From positions 52,702,001 to 52,766,000 of the forward strand of contig NC_086097.1 in the NCBI RefSeq assembly GCF_963921235.1: a stretch of DNA of 64,000 nt, read 5' to 3'. The DNA is from Mobula hypostoma (Eukaryota). Positions 11,541 through 24,005 of this stretch are shown here, piece by piece. Position 1 is the stretch's first letter. Each line of letters opens with the position of its first letter. The notes beneath the pieces are model-generated. The model was not told the DNA's origin. It saw only the letters and a program-made list of their open reading frames with translations, and did not search any database. A program made the position numbers and the translations under genes.

Positions 11541-13329
11541 GACACTTCAGATTGATAACTTTTTGTCAAAACTTATAATGCCACAGGACAACCCGTTTAG
11601 GAGGCAAATTTGACTGAAGGGTTCATTGACCTGAAATATTGGCTCTCTTTCTTTCTCTAAAGATAGTATCTGACCTGATGAGTCTATCCAGCATTTTCTG
11701 TGTTGACTTTGGATTCCCAGAAGTATTGTTCTTTGGTCTCACAAGTTTTTTTTCTGTTTTCTAAGCCATCTGTCTCTTTTTCATAGCAAAAAGATTTCTA
11801 TTATGAATCATCTGAAATATACAATAAGCTGCATCTTTCTGTTATATTTATTAGAGGACTATGAGCCTAAACATAGACTGGAAAATTGGCGCAATCTTGG
11901 GCAGACTAGTGGGAGAATAAATTCTAGGCTTGTCATCTGTAAGTGTTCCAGTACTTAGTTTAGAAATAGAATATCATCCAAAGTTACCATTTAGAGCTCA
12001 GTAAACTTCTATGCAGCTTGGAATGCTTGATACAGATATAGCCCACTTTCTCTTGAATTCTGGGAAGCCATAACTGGGAGCACAAAGGAAGGTACTGCAT
12101 CAATCCAAAAGCAAAATGTGATTGGTGTTGGCAGTTCAAAATCACACAGAAAATATGCTGGGAATTCCTGGGAGGTCAGGCACGGTGTCTGAGACACAAA
12201 CACTGTTAATATTTCAGATCATAGACCTTTCGTCTGAACCACAGGAGTGAGGTAAGTGGTAAAAGTGAATTGTGGATGTGTTGTGGGGGAAGGGTGGAAC
12301 AGAGGAGGAGGACTGACATCAAAAGAGGCTCAGTGCTTCTTTATGAGACACTGTTGACCCACGGGAAACCTAAGCCAACATTTAATGTTTACCTTCTTAG
12401 TTCTTGTAGCCCTTGAACTATTTCTGTTGAGGTTTGGCCAATTAGGAAGCACTAATTTCCTGCTTAGGCCTTCTTATCAGTCTTTGCTTATGTTGTTTAT
12501 GTATAGTTCTTCATAAATTCTTCTGTGCTTCTTTATTTTTCTGCATATGCCTGTGAGAAAATGGATCTCAAGTTAGTATGTATGGTAATATATAATAATT
12601 TGTTAATGAATTTTACTTTGAATTGCTTTGATTTTGACTACCAATGAATTCCTGGCCATAAGCTGAAAGAGGTCATTGCTTTCATATTTACTGCCAAGAG
12701 AAGCAAAGTAAAATTGAGGATGTAAATTATTTCATTCTTAGGCACGTACTACTGGAATCAAATTAATCAAAATTTGGCTCCTTAACAGATTATACTGTAG
12801 CATTGTGGGGACTGTTTTCTTTCACCTTGGACACTGTGAGGCTGGAAATTACACATACATAGCTTATGACATGACAGGAAAAAATACTGAATAAAGTTCC
12901 TTATTCTTCATCTTTACACATTTTCCCTTTGATCTGATGTTCCTGGCAGAAGCCAGGCCTCACTTATTCCAAACGTTAGAATATATGTGGCCAGAGATGC
13001 AAGCCAAACAACTTGTGAGCTTGTTCTACCATTTCGTGATTGATCCTTCACTTCACTTACTGCTCAATTTTTCATCAGAAAATCTCCACTTTATCTGTTT
13101 CTACATCCAACCTCCATTCACTCCACCTTGTTCCACCTGACCAGCATCCCGCTCCTAAACTAGTTCCACCAATCACCTGCCAGGTCCTGCCTCATCCTCC
13201 CCCTTCACTTTGGCTAGCTTCCCTGTAAATTCTCATTCTTGGTGCAGAGTCTCAACCTGAAGTGTTGATGCCCTCTTCCTCCACAGACGCTGCATGACCC
13301 ATTGTGTTCCTCTAACAGTTTGCTTTATG

Positions 13330-13530
13330 CCTTTTATAGCCTATTTCTATCAGGTTGATCTTCACTCCAAGGAATACAAATCACCCTGTCCAATTCCTCC
13401 CTATAACTAAAGTCATCCTGCTCCCCCATGCATCCTCTGCAGGCAACCATATGGGTCCTTTAGTGTGGCAACCACAACTGCAGACAATAGTCCAACTGTG
13501 GACATCCAGTGTTTTGTAAAGTTGCAACAT
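13330..13530 (-). mobile_element. CR1 ORF2 fragment; appears to continue at 21530-21930
   Basis: Collinear with the minus-strand CR1 at 61900-62560. Confidence 0.55.
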
Positions 13531-15714
13531 TATATAGGAAGTTAGGAAGGGAGCTTCTAATCGACTGAAACAGTTAGGCCAAGAGTATGCCTTGGCTCCA
13601 GAACCTGCCTTATATAAAAGACTTGTTGAAACTAAAACTAAATACGATCTCTTTTTAACTTATCCAATTGAAACCCAACTCTTAAAAGATAAAAGCCAAT
13701 TTTATATTCATGGAGATAAAACAGGTAAATTATTGGCTGATCAAATTAAAACCTTTATAGCTAACAACAGATTAAAGAAACATGCAAAGCTAGTGGTGAC
13801 AGGACAACTGATTATTTAGAAATAAATTATACTTTTAGAGAATTGTACTCGAAACTTTATAGTTCTGAATCTTCTAAGGATAACACTGTAATGAACAATT
13901 TTTTAGATTAACTAAACATTCCTACAATTTCTGCCGACAATAGAAAGTTGTTGGAACAACCTATTTCTTCTGAGGAAATTGTTGAGGCTGTGCACTCATT
14001 ATATTTGAGGAAAGCTCTGGGTCCAGATGGATTTTCTGGAGAATTTTACAAGACCTTTTCCTCTCATTTATGTTCAGTTTTTTTGGATTCATTTAAGTCG
14101 GGCAGACTCCCTTGATCTTTTTATGAGCCTTTCATTTCTCTTATTCTTAAAAAGAATAAGGATCCAACTGAATGCTCTTCTTATAGACCAATTTCTTTAC
14201 TTAATGTTGATACTAAGATCCTATCTAAAGTTTTGGTCCATAGGACTGAAAATAGTTTCTGATAACCAAACTGGATTTATCAAAAATCGATATTCTCACT
14301 TTAATATTTGTCAGTTATTAAATGTTATTTATTCTCCTTCTAATACAATATCGGAATGTATGGTATCCCTAGGTGCTGAGAAAGCTTTCGACAGAGTTGA
14401 ATGGAATTATTTAATTAAAACTTTAGAAAATTTCAATTTTGGACCCGTTTTCATTCAATGGATTAAATTACTTTATTTAGCTCCTTCCGCTAGGGTTATC
14501 ACTAATTCTCATAATTCCAAACCATTTAAGCTTCAATGTGGCACTAGACAAGGCTGTCCATTAAGCCCTTTGCTTTTTGATCTGGCCTTAGAACCCTTAG
14601 CCATCGAGAATCTAATGATATCACCGGTATTTTCAGGAGAGACACTATTCATAAAGTCTCGCTGTACCCTGATGATCTGCTGCTGTTTATTTCTAATGTT
14701 GAGACTTCATTACCCCATGCGCTTTCTTTACTCTCCTGTTTTAGCCAGTTCTCAGGTTATGAATTAAACCTATATAAAAGTGAACTTTTCCCTTTGAACA
14801 ATTCGATACCAACAAATTCTAACCTTCCTTTTAAAATTGTAAGAAACCAATTTACCTATTTAGGTGTAACAATCACTAAAACCTATAATGTCTATTTAAA
14901 GAAAATTTTCTTACCCTATTGAATCAGGTAAAAAGGATTCTATCAAATTGGTCACCTCTCTCGTTATTGCTGATTGGTCGAATTAACTCTTATCAAAATG
15001 AATATATTACCTAAATTTATATCTTTTTCAGGCATTGCCGGTTTTTATTCCTAAATCCTTTTTTGATTCTCTTGACTCTATTACATCTTCTTATATATGG
15101 AAGAATAAGCATTCCAGATTAAACAAAATTCATCTTCAGAAAGATAAGAAGTATGGAGGATTAGTCTTACCAAACTTTAGATTTTATTATTGGGCAGTTA
15201 ATATAAGAAATCTTACATTCTGGTTATATTACATAAATCATGACGATTGCCTGATGTGGGTTTTTTTGGAAGCTAACTCTGTTAATAAATTCTCTATTAT
15301 TTCTCTTCTTGGATCCTCACACCCTTTGTCTCTGAGTAAGTTAACTGATAATCCAGTATTTAAACACACTATGAGAATTTGCATACAATTCCGAAAATAC
15401 TTTGGCTTTGTGACGGGATCCTGAATTACCCCTATGAACTGTGCTTTTGGAAAGAGAGAGAGAGAGAGATGAAGACTAACTTTTGGACTGTCACTTTAAG
15501 GCACTGGAAGTAACTTTTGGATTTCTGCTGAGTTGGAGAGAGAGATGGCACCAAGCAGCTCGTAAGTTGCTATGATAACCACGATGGACAATCGATGTTA
15601 TGATTTTTTGGCAGCGTGCTTATACTCCTCAAGGACAATTGACTGCTTGCATTTCTTACACAGAGAAAGGAAGGAGGAATTATTTGAATGACAGTTGGTG
15701 CTCAGCACGGGAAG

Positions 15715-18032
15715 ATAAGACCATAAGACAAAGGAGCAGAAGTAGGCCATTCGGCCCATCGAGTCTGCTCTGCCATTTTATCATGAGCTGATCCATTTTA
15801 TCCTATTTAGTCCCACTGCCCCGCCTTCTCACCATAACCTTTGATGCCCTGGCTATGCAGATACCTATCAATCTCTGCCTTAAATACACCCAATGACTTG
15901 GCCTCCACTGCTGCCCGTGGCAACAAATTCCATAGATTCACCACCCTCTGACTAAAAAAATTTCTTCGCATTTCTGTTCTGAAAGGGCACCCTTCAATCC
16001 TGAAGTCATGCCCTCTCGTACTAGACTCCCCCATCATGGGAAACAACTTTGCCATATCCACTCTGTCCATGCCTTTTGACATTCGAAATGTTTCTATGAG
16101 GTCTCCCCTCATTCTTCTAAACTCCAAGGAATACAGTCCAAGAGTGGACAAACGTTCCTCATATGTTAGCCCTCTCATTCCTGGAATCTTCTCTGTACCC
16201 TCTCCAACGTCAGCACATCCTTTCTTAACGTCAGCACATCCTTTCTTAAATAAGGAGACCAAAACTGTCCACAGTACTCCAAGTGAGGTCTCACCAGCGC
16301 CTTATAGAGCCTCAACATCACATCCCTGCTCCTATACTCTATTCCTCTAGAAATGAATGCCAACATTGCATTCGCCTTCTTCACTACTGACTCAACCTGG
16401 AGGTTAACTTTAAGGGAATCCTGTACGAGGACTCCCAAGTCCCGTTGCATCTCAGAACTTTGAATTCTTTCCCCATTTAAATAATAGTCTGCCCGTTTAT
16501 TTTTTCTGCCAAAGTGCATAACCATACACTTTCCAACATTGTACTTCATTTGCCACTTCTCTGCCCATTCTTCCAAACTATCCAAGTCTCTCTGCAGACT
16601 CTCCGTTTCCTCAGCACTACCGGCCCCTCCACCTATCTTCATATCGTCAGCAAACTTAGCCACAAAGCCATCTATTCCATAATCCAAATCGTTGATGTAC
16701 AATGTAAAAAGAAGCGGCCCCAAAACTGATCCCTGTGGAACACCACTGGTAACCGGCAGCCAACCAGAATAGGATCCCTTTATTCCCACTCTCTGTTTCC
16801 TGCCAATCAGCCAACGCTCTATCCACGTATGTAACTTTCCTGTAATTCCATGGGCTCTTATCTTGTTAAGTAGCCTCATGTGTGGCACCTTGTCAAAGGC
16901 CTTCTGAAAATCCAAATATACAACATCCACTGCATCTCCCTTGTCTAGCCTACTGGTAATCTCCTCAAAAAATTGTAATAGGTTTGTCAGGCAGGATTTT
17001 CCTTTAAGGAATCCATGCTGAGTCCTGCCTATCTTGTCATATGTCTCCAGGTACTCTGTAACCTCATCCTTGAAAATCAACTCCAATAACTTCCCAACCA
17101 TCGATGTCAAGCTAACAGGTCTATAATTTCCTTTTTGCTTCCTTGCCCCCTTCTTAAATAGCGGAGTGACATTTGCAATCTTCCAGTCTTCCGGAACCAT
17201 GCCAGAATCTATCGACTTTTGAAAGATCATCGCTAATGCCTCCGCAATCTCCACAGCTACTTCCTTCAGAACACGAAGGTGCATTCCATCTGGTCCAGGA
17301 GATTTATCGACCTTTAGCCTATTCAGCTTCCTGAGTACTTTCTCTGTCGTAATTGTGGCTGCGCACACTTCTCTTCCCTGCCACCCTTGAGTGTCCGGTA
17401 TCCTGCTGTCTTCCTCAGTGAAGACTGATGCAAAATACTTGTTCAGTTCCTCTGCCATCTCCTCATCTCCCATTACAATTTCTCCAGTATCATTTTCTAT
17501 TGGTCCTATATCTACTCTCACCTGTCTTTTACTCTTTATATACTTGAAAAAGCTTTTAGTATCCTCTTTGATATTATTTGCTAGTTTCCTTTCATAGTTA
17601 ATCTTTTCTCTCTTAATGACCTTCTTGGTTTCCTTTTGTAAGGTTTTAAAAACTTCCCAATCCTCTGTCTTCCCACTAATTTTTGCTTCCTTGTATGCCC
17701 TCTCCTTTGCTTTAACTTTGGCTTTAACTTCTCTTGTCAATCACGGTTGCATCCTTTTTCCACTCGAAAATTTCTTCTTTTTTGGAATATACCTGTCTTG
17801 CACATTCCTCATTTCTCGCATAAACTCCAGCCACTGCTGCTCTGCTGTCTTTCCCGCCAGTGTCTCTTTCCAGTCAACTTTGGCCAGTTCCTCTCTCATG
17901 CCACTGTAATTTCCTTTACTCCACTGAAACACCGACACATCAGATTTCGGCTTCTCTTTTTCTAATTTCACAGTGAACTCAATCATGTTATGATCACTGT
18001 CTCCTAAGGGTTCCTTCACCTCAATCTCTCCT
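15715..18032 (-). mobile_element. Young 5'-truncated CR1 LINE
   Basis: (ccataaga) tail at ~15715-15729; near-intact ORF2; ATAA at both junctions (15715-15718, 18033-18036). Confidence 0.95.
16175..17740 (-). pseudogene. CR1 ORF2 reverse transcriptase domain (521-aa open segment)
   Basis: KSPGPDG, NYRPVSLTS, QHGF, YLDFQKAFDKV, GVPQGSVLGP and FADD motifs; in-frame upstream ORF 17741..18049 separated by one stop; frameshift near 16180. Confidence 0.95.
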
Positions 18033-20311
18033 ATAAAATAGGAGGTCAAATGATGTAGACCTCAGACACATGTTTTGGACACTGAATGTGCTTTGATGTG
18101 CCCGCAGGAAAGGTGGGTTTTTGGAGGATCGATCAGGCAGATCGATCAGTGGCTCTTGCAGTGAAAAGGAAAGGGGTTGACTGGTGGGGAGCTGTCCATG
18201 CTTCCACCCTTGGCTGGGTGATAGCTCCACCAGAGAAAACCAGTCCCCTTTGTTGTGGTTACAGTCAGTGACTTTGAAAGGATTTTGGAGGACAACGAGA
18301 AGACCGACGGCAGCAGCTCACCTGAAGATTCAAATCTCTCCCTCTCTCCCTCTCTCTCTCTCTCTGCATCACTGCTCAACTCAAAACCACGAACTGAACT
18401 GAATTGAACTTTACTCATCATCGTAAGACTGTATCTTTTTACCCCTAGACTTAAAGAAGCTTGGTTTTTCATACATATATTTCCACACTTATTGATTTAC
18501 TTACTTGTATATAATCATTGCTAACCTGTTTGATTTATCTATATTTATATTACTGTATTGCGTAGTCACTAATAACTATTATTAGTTTATAGCAATACTG
18601 GACTCCAAAGTGTTTTCCATCTCTGCTGGTTCTTTATTCCCGTCACGGGGTACGTGGGGGACAGCTTATTGAGACTTTCTCTTTTGAGTCCCATTTTTTC
18701 TAATTTTTTTTAAACCCTCTATGATTGATGTGGCTTTTAAAGAATGGGATAGATTAGGTATTAAATGCTTTCAGGACTTGTTTGTGGAGGACAGTCTTTT
18801 TTCGTTTGAACAACTGTCAACTAAATGTAGTTTACCCAAAATTCTTTTTTTTTGATACCTACAAATAAGAGATTTTTTTTACGGTCTCAAATAAGTACAT
18901 TTCCTAAAAGTCCTGATAAGTCTACTAGATGTAATCTTTAATTTGAAACCTTTTTATAATGGATCTATATCTAATATTTATAATATGTTGCTGGGAATCA
19001 GAAGTTTCCTTTAGATAAAATTAAAAATCTTAGGGAACAAAATTTACAGACTTCAATTTCTGAGGAAACTTGGAATCAAATTTTTAAATTGGTTAACACT
19101 TCATTGTTATGTGCCCACTACTGTCTCCTACAATTTAAATTGGTCCATAGGGCTCATATGACTAAGGATAAGTTGTCTCACTTTAGTTAGATATATCTCT
19201 GTATTGTGATAAATGTAATAATGGAGACGCTTCACTCATTCATATGTTTTGGATATGCCCGAGTCTTGGAAAATATTGGAAAGAAGTATTCCAAACTTTC
19301 TCGATACTTTTCAAGGTAAACTTTAAGCCTAAACCTTTGACCGCTTTATTTGGTATTGTTGGAGGGAAGGATATTATTTTGGAGCCATCTGACTTGCACA
19401 CTTTGGCCTTTATTTCTCTTATGACCAGAAGGACGCTCTTGCTTAAATGGAAAGATGTGGCCCCTCCTATTCACGCTCAATGGTTACGTGATGTGATGTC
19501 ATGTTCAAATTTAGAGAAAATTCGATATACAATCTTTGAATCTAATCAAGACTTTCAAATATTGTGGGGACCTTTTCTGAATTATTTTCAAAACCTTTGA
19601 TTTGCTGTTAAAGCACAGATCATGACTAATATTTTTTTTCCTTTTTTTCTTTACTAATCAGCTTCGGTCTTGGTAGTGGGTTAGATTTTTTTTATATAAT
19701 AAAATTACTATATTTCAATGTTATGAATGAATTAACTTGTAAGAATATAGGGTAAGGAGTCTTTATATGCAATTTAGTATAATGTATTGATATATATATT
19801 TTTTTCCTGTACTCTGTATTCTTATATATAAATTAATAAAAATATTGGAAAGATAAGGAAGGAAGCTAAAAAGCAGAACCTCAAGGTTGGTCAAGATTGA
19901 TGCCTGTGCCACATGACAGAGAGGGTAAAAATAGGATGATATGGCAGACGAATGCATGGCTGAAGACTTGGTGCAGAGTTAGTGAATCATTGGAATTTCT
20001 TCTGGAGTATGTATGACCTGTAGAAGAGGAATAGATTACACCTGAACTTAAGAGGAACCAATATCCTTGTGGGCAGGTTTGGTAGAGTTGTTGTTGAGGG
20101 TTTAAACTGAATTGGCAGGGGAAAAGGAACGAGGGATAGGTCAGATGATGGAGCAGTTGGTGGAAAGGTTGTTCCAATTTGTAGAGAGACTGTGAAGAAC
20201 AATAAGTGATGAATATTGCATAAATGCAGTCGGTTAATGGGTTGAAATATGTTTATGTTAATGCAAAAAGTATGAAGAACAAAGATGATGAACCTAGAAC
20301 ATGGGACAGTA

Positions 20312-20782
20312 GATGGGGTGATTAATAAGTTTGTGGCCTAAGTAGGAAGGAGTCAATTTTAGAAAACCTAGTACATTTATTTTTCCTACATTTACACACT
20401 TAGTCCAGCCATCATGGAGCATACAGATCCCTTCTTTGTAGAAGTCGGCATCTTGGACCTCCAAAAGTGGTCTACAGCAGGGGTGATTGATAAGTTTATG
20501 GCCTAAGGTAGAAGGAGGTAAGGAGAAACTTCAAACTTTCTGCATTTGCACTCAGAGTTGAACTGCATGTGTATGTAATGAGAGCTGTATAACTCGTCTC
20601 CTTCTACCTAAGGCCACAAACTTATCAATCACCGCTGCTGTGGACCACTTCTACAAAGAAGGGATCCGTATATGGACTAAGTGTGTACATGTAGGAGGGG
20701 ACTATGTTGAAAAATAAATGTGCTAGGTTTTCTAAAATTGACTCCTTCTACCTTAGGCCACGAACTTATCAATCACCCCTCA
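20312..20782. mobile_element. Mariner/Tc1-type MITE (fold-back)
   Basis: TIRs 'ggggtgattaataagtttgtggccta' / 'taggccacgaacttatcaatcacccc'; TA TSD at 20310-20311 and 20783-20784; long inverted arms. Confidence 0.85.
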
Positions 20783-21529
20783 TACTTGGATGTCACAAGG
20801 ACAGAAATGGCTGCTGCATCTTCTGGGGTTTAGATGTTTCTAAAGGGACAGAGGTGTTTCTATGGGTGACTTTAACTTCCCTAGTACTGATTGGCACCTC
20901 CTTAGTCCAAAAGGCTTAAATTAGAAGGATTTCTGAACAGTATGTTGACAGACCAACTAGAAGAAATACCAAAACGTATCGAATACTAGGCAATGAACCT
21001 CACTAGGTGACAAATCTCTCAGTGGATGAGCATTTCAGAGACAGTGGCCACAACTCTCTGACCTTTAGCAGAGCCATGGATAAGGATAGGAGCAGGCAGT
21101 ATGAAAAGTATTTAATTGGGGGAGGGCTAATTATAAGGGTACTAGGGATAAACTTGTGAATGTGAATTGGGAACGGATGTTCTCAGAGAAATGCACAACA
21201 GATATGTGGAGGTGATTTACAGAGCCTTTGTCTGGAGTTCTGGAAGGTTTGTCCCATTGAGACAGGGATAGTATAATTGGATAAGGAACCAAGGTTGACA
21301 GGAGAGTTGGAACATTTAGTCAAGAGGAAGAAGGAAGCATACTTAAGGTTTTGGAAGCAAATAACTGATTGGGCTCTTGAGAGTTATAAGGTGGCTAGGA
21401 AGGAGGATAATAAGGGCCTTAGGAGAGCTAGAAGGGGTCATGAGAAGTTCTTGGCAAGTGGAATTGTCAAAACCCCTAAGGCATTTTACATGTACATGAA
21501 GATCAGGAGGATAACTAGAGTGAAGGCAG

Positions 21530-22150
21530 AACTGATGATGGTCAATGTACCAAAAGCACTCTTTACGACCTTATTCACCTATGATGCCACTTTCAAAGAA
21601 TTATGGATCTGTATTCCCAGTTCCCTTTTTTCTAACACAATCCTCAGAGTCCTACCATCCATTGTGTATGTCTTACCCTGTTTTGTCCTCCCAAAGTGCA
21701 ACACCTCACACTGGCCTGCATTAAATTCTGTCTTCCATTTATCAGCCCTTTTTTCCAGATTCCATTGCAAGCTTTGATTGCCTTCCTCACTGTCCACTAC
21801 ACACTCAAACTTGGTGTCATCTGCAAAGTTGCCGTCCAGTTTACCACATTATCATCCAGATGGTTGGAATATCAACAGCACTAGTCACAAGCCTCCAGTC
21901 AGAAAGACAACCATCTACTATCACTCCTTATCACTATTGCAGAGAGTGGCGAGCACATGGAATACACTGCCACCGGTGGTTAAAGAAGCAGGTGCACTAA
22001 GGACACTTACGAGGCTCTTAGATAGGCACATGGATAAAAGGAGAATGTAGGGTTACGAGGGAAGAGTTATCTTGATTTTAGAGTAGGTTAAAAGGTTGGC
22101 ACACATCATGAGCCGAAGAACTGTAGTGTTCTGTACTGTTCTATGTTCTC
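21530..22150. mobile_element. CR1 fragments: minus RT piece (21530-21930) followed by plus 3' end (21935-22150)
   Basis: Minus ORF 'ADKWKTEFNAGQCEVLHFGRTKQ'; plus 'QRVASTWNTLP'; ttctatgttc tail. Confidence 0.75.
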
Positions 22151-22527
22151 TGTCCTATACTTCCCAATATTTACATTCAATGAAGTTATGAAGGTAAGCA
22201 CTCCATATGCCTTCTTCTCTATCCTATACTTGTTGCTATTTACAGGAAACCTCAAAGTCCCTCTGTTTAACAACATTCATTGTATACATCCTATTCCTAT
22301 TTGGCTTCCCAAAATGTGTCTCCTCACATTTGCTGGGATTATGTTCCATTTGCCAAAGCACTGGCTACCTTGATATCTGAGTTACATCTTACTATATGCC
22401 TCAGACAACCTTTCTCGCTATTCACCCTGCCAATTTTTATTTTATTTTTATTTTGAGTAACAGGTCCTTCTGAGCCAATGAGTGCGCATTGCCCAATTAC
22501 ACCCATGTGATCAATTAACCTGCTAGC

Positions 22528-23268
22528 CATAAGACATAAGAGATCGAATCAGAATTAGGCCATTCATCCCACCATTTCATCATGGCTGGTCCATTTCCCC
22601 CTCAACCCCATTCTCCTGCCTTTTCCCTGTAACCCATCATGCCCTGACTTATCAAGAACATATTAACCACCGCCTTAAATACACCCAATTACCTGGCCTC
22701 TACATCCACCTGTGGCAATGAAGTCCATAGATTTACCACTCTCTGACTAAAAAAAAATCCTCGTCATCTCTGTTCTAAATGTATGTCCCTCTATCCTGAG
22801 GCTGTGCCCTCCAGTCCTAGACTCTCCCTCTATAGGAAATATCCTCTCCACATCCACTCTATCTAGGCCTTTGAACACTTGATAGTTTTCAATGAAATCT
22901 CCACCTCATTCTTCTAAGTTCCAATGAATACAGGCCCAAAGCAAATAAATTCTCCTCACATTATAACATTTTCATTCCCAGAATCATTCTCATGAACCTC
23001 CTCTGAACCCTCTCCAATGACAGCATTCTTTCTTCAATAAGTGGCCCAAAACTGCTCACACTAGTCCAACTGTGGCCTCACCAGTGCTTTATAAAGCTTC
23101 AGTACTACATCCTTGATTTTATGTGTTAGTCTTTTTGAAATTAATGCTAAAGCTGCATTTGCTTTCCTCACTACTGACTCAGCCTGCAAGTTAACCTTTA
23201 GGGAATCCAGTACAAGGACTCCTCAAGTCCTTTTGCAACTTGGATTTCTGAATTTTCTCTCCATTTAG
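22528..23268 (-). mobile_element. CR1 3' fragment inserted in a V-SINE (SINE pieces at 22440-22527 and 23270-23345)
   Basis: 'ccataagacataag' tail; collinear with 15715-16480. Confidence 0.85.
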
Positions 23269-23349
23269 TGAAACAGTGACAGAATTTAACCCAGGTCACT
23301 AGTGATGTAATGGTGTTACACTAACTGCTATTCTAATATGTCACCCCTT

Positions 23350-24005
23350 TATGTCATTAGTGTAACATCATTACATCACTAGCGACCTGGGTTAAATTCT
23401 GCCACTATTTGTAAGGAGTTTGTATGTTCTCCCCATGACTGCATGGGTTTCCTTCAGCGGTTCCAGTTTCCTCCCATATTCCAAAGACATACAAGTCAAA
23501 GAAGATAGGTGGAGGGGCAGGTGGTGCTGATGAAGCAGGGAGGTTGCAGAAGAACTTAGACAGATTAGGAGAATGGGCAAAGAAGAGGCAGATGGAATAG
23601 TGATGAGAAGTGTATGGCCATGCGCTTTGGTAGAAAGAACTAAAGCTTAAATAGTTTTCTAAATGGAGAGAAAATTCAGAAATCCAAGTTGCAAAAGGAC
23701 TTGAGGAGTCCTCGTACTAGATTCCCTAAAGGTTAGCTTGCAGGTTGAGTCAGTAGTGAGGAAAGCAAATGCAATTTTAGCATTCATTTCAAAAATACTA
23801 ACATATAAAAACAAGGATGCAGTACTGAAGCTTTATAAGGCACATTTAAAGTTAAATTGGAAAGATGTATGGACAGGAAAGGAATGGAAGGTTATGGACT
23901 GAGTGCAGGTTGGTGGGACTAAGTGAGAGTAAGAGTTCGGCACGGAGTAGAAGGGCCGAGATGGCCTGTTTCCGTGCTGTAATTGTTATATGGTTATATG
24001 GTTAT
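23350..24005 (+). mobile_element. V-SINE head/core, CR1 RT fragment (inverted-duplicate arm), and a separate CR1 3' tail
   Basis: SINE core 23410-23490; CR1 23495-23843; (tatatggt)n-tailed 3' end 23844-24005, same family as 41981-42258. Confidence 0.75.

Larger units (their letters stand above)
15409..18663 (+). mobile_element. Solo LTR (Gypsy-like), split by a CR1 insertion
   Basis: TGTGACGGG...GGGACA termini; 4-bp TSD GCTT at 15405-15408 and 18664-18667; L1 sequence resumes; strand is tentative. Confidence 0.8.
13556..19855 (+). mobile_element. 5'-truncated L1-clade LINE ORF2 (decayed), interrupted by a solo LTR
   Basis: 'FYIHGDKTGKLLA', 'QTGFIKNR', 'AEKAFDRVEW', 'GTRQGCPLSPLLF', 'GGLVLPNFRFYYWA', C-terminal 'C..C......HMFW.C'; AATAAA tail; near-perfect TSD AGGAAGG(G/A)AGCT at 13544-13555 and 19856-19867. 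Confidence 0.9.
13531..21530 (+). mobile_element. Decayed CR1 (ORF1 esterase to early ORF2) hosting L1 and a MITE
   Basis: 'tataggaagttaggaagg.agct' resumes after the L1 as 'aaaaagcagaacctcaagg'; ORF 21277 'EPRLTGELEHLVKRKKEAY...RRARRGHEK'. Confidence 0.75.

Noticed and set aside
16175..17740. Functional or domesticated reverse transcriptase gene
   Set aside because: 5'-truncated CR1 copy with a stop and a frameshift; the open frame is explained by its young age.
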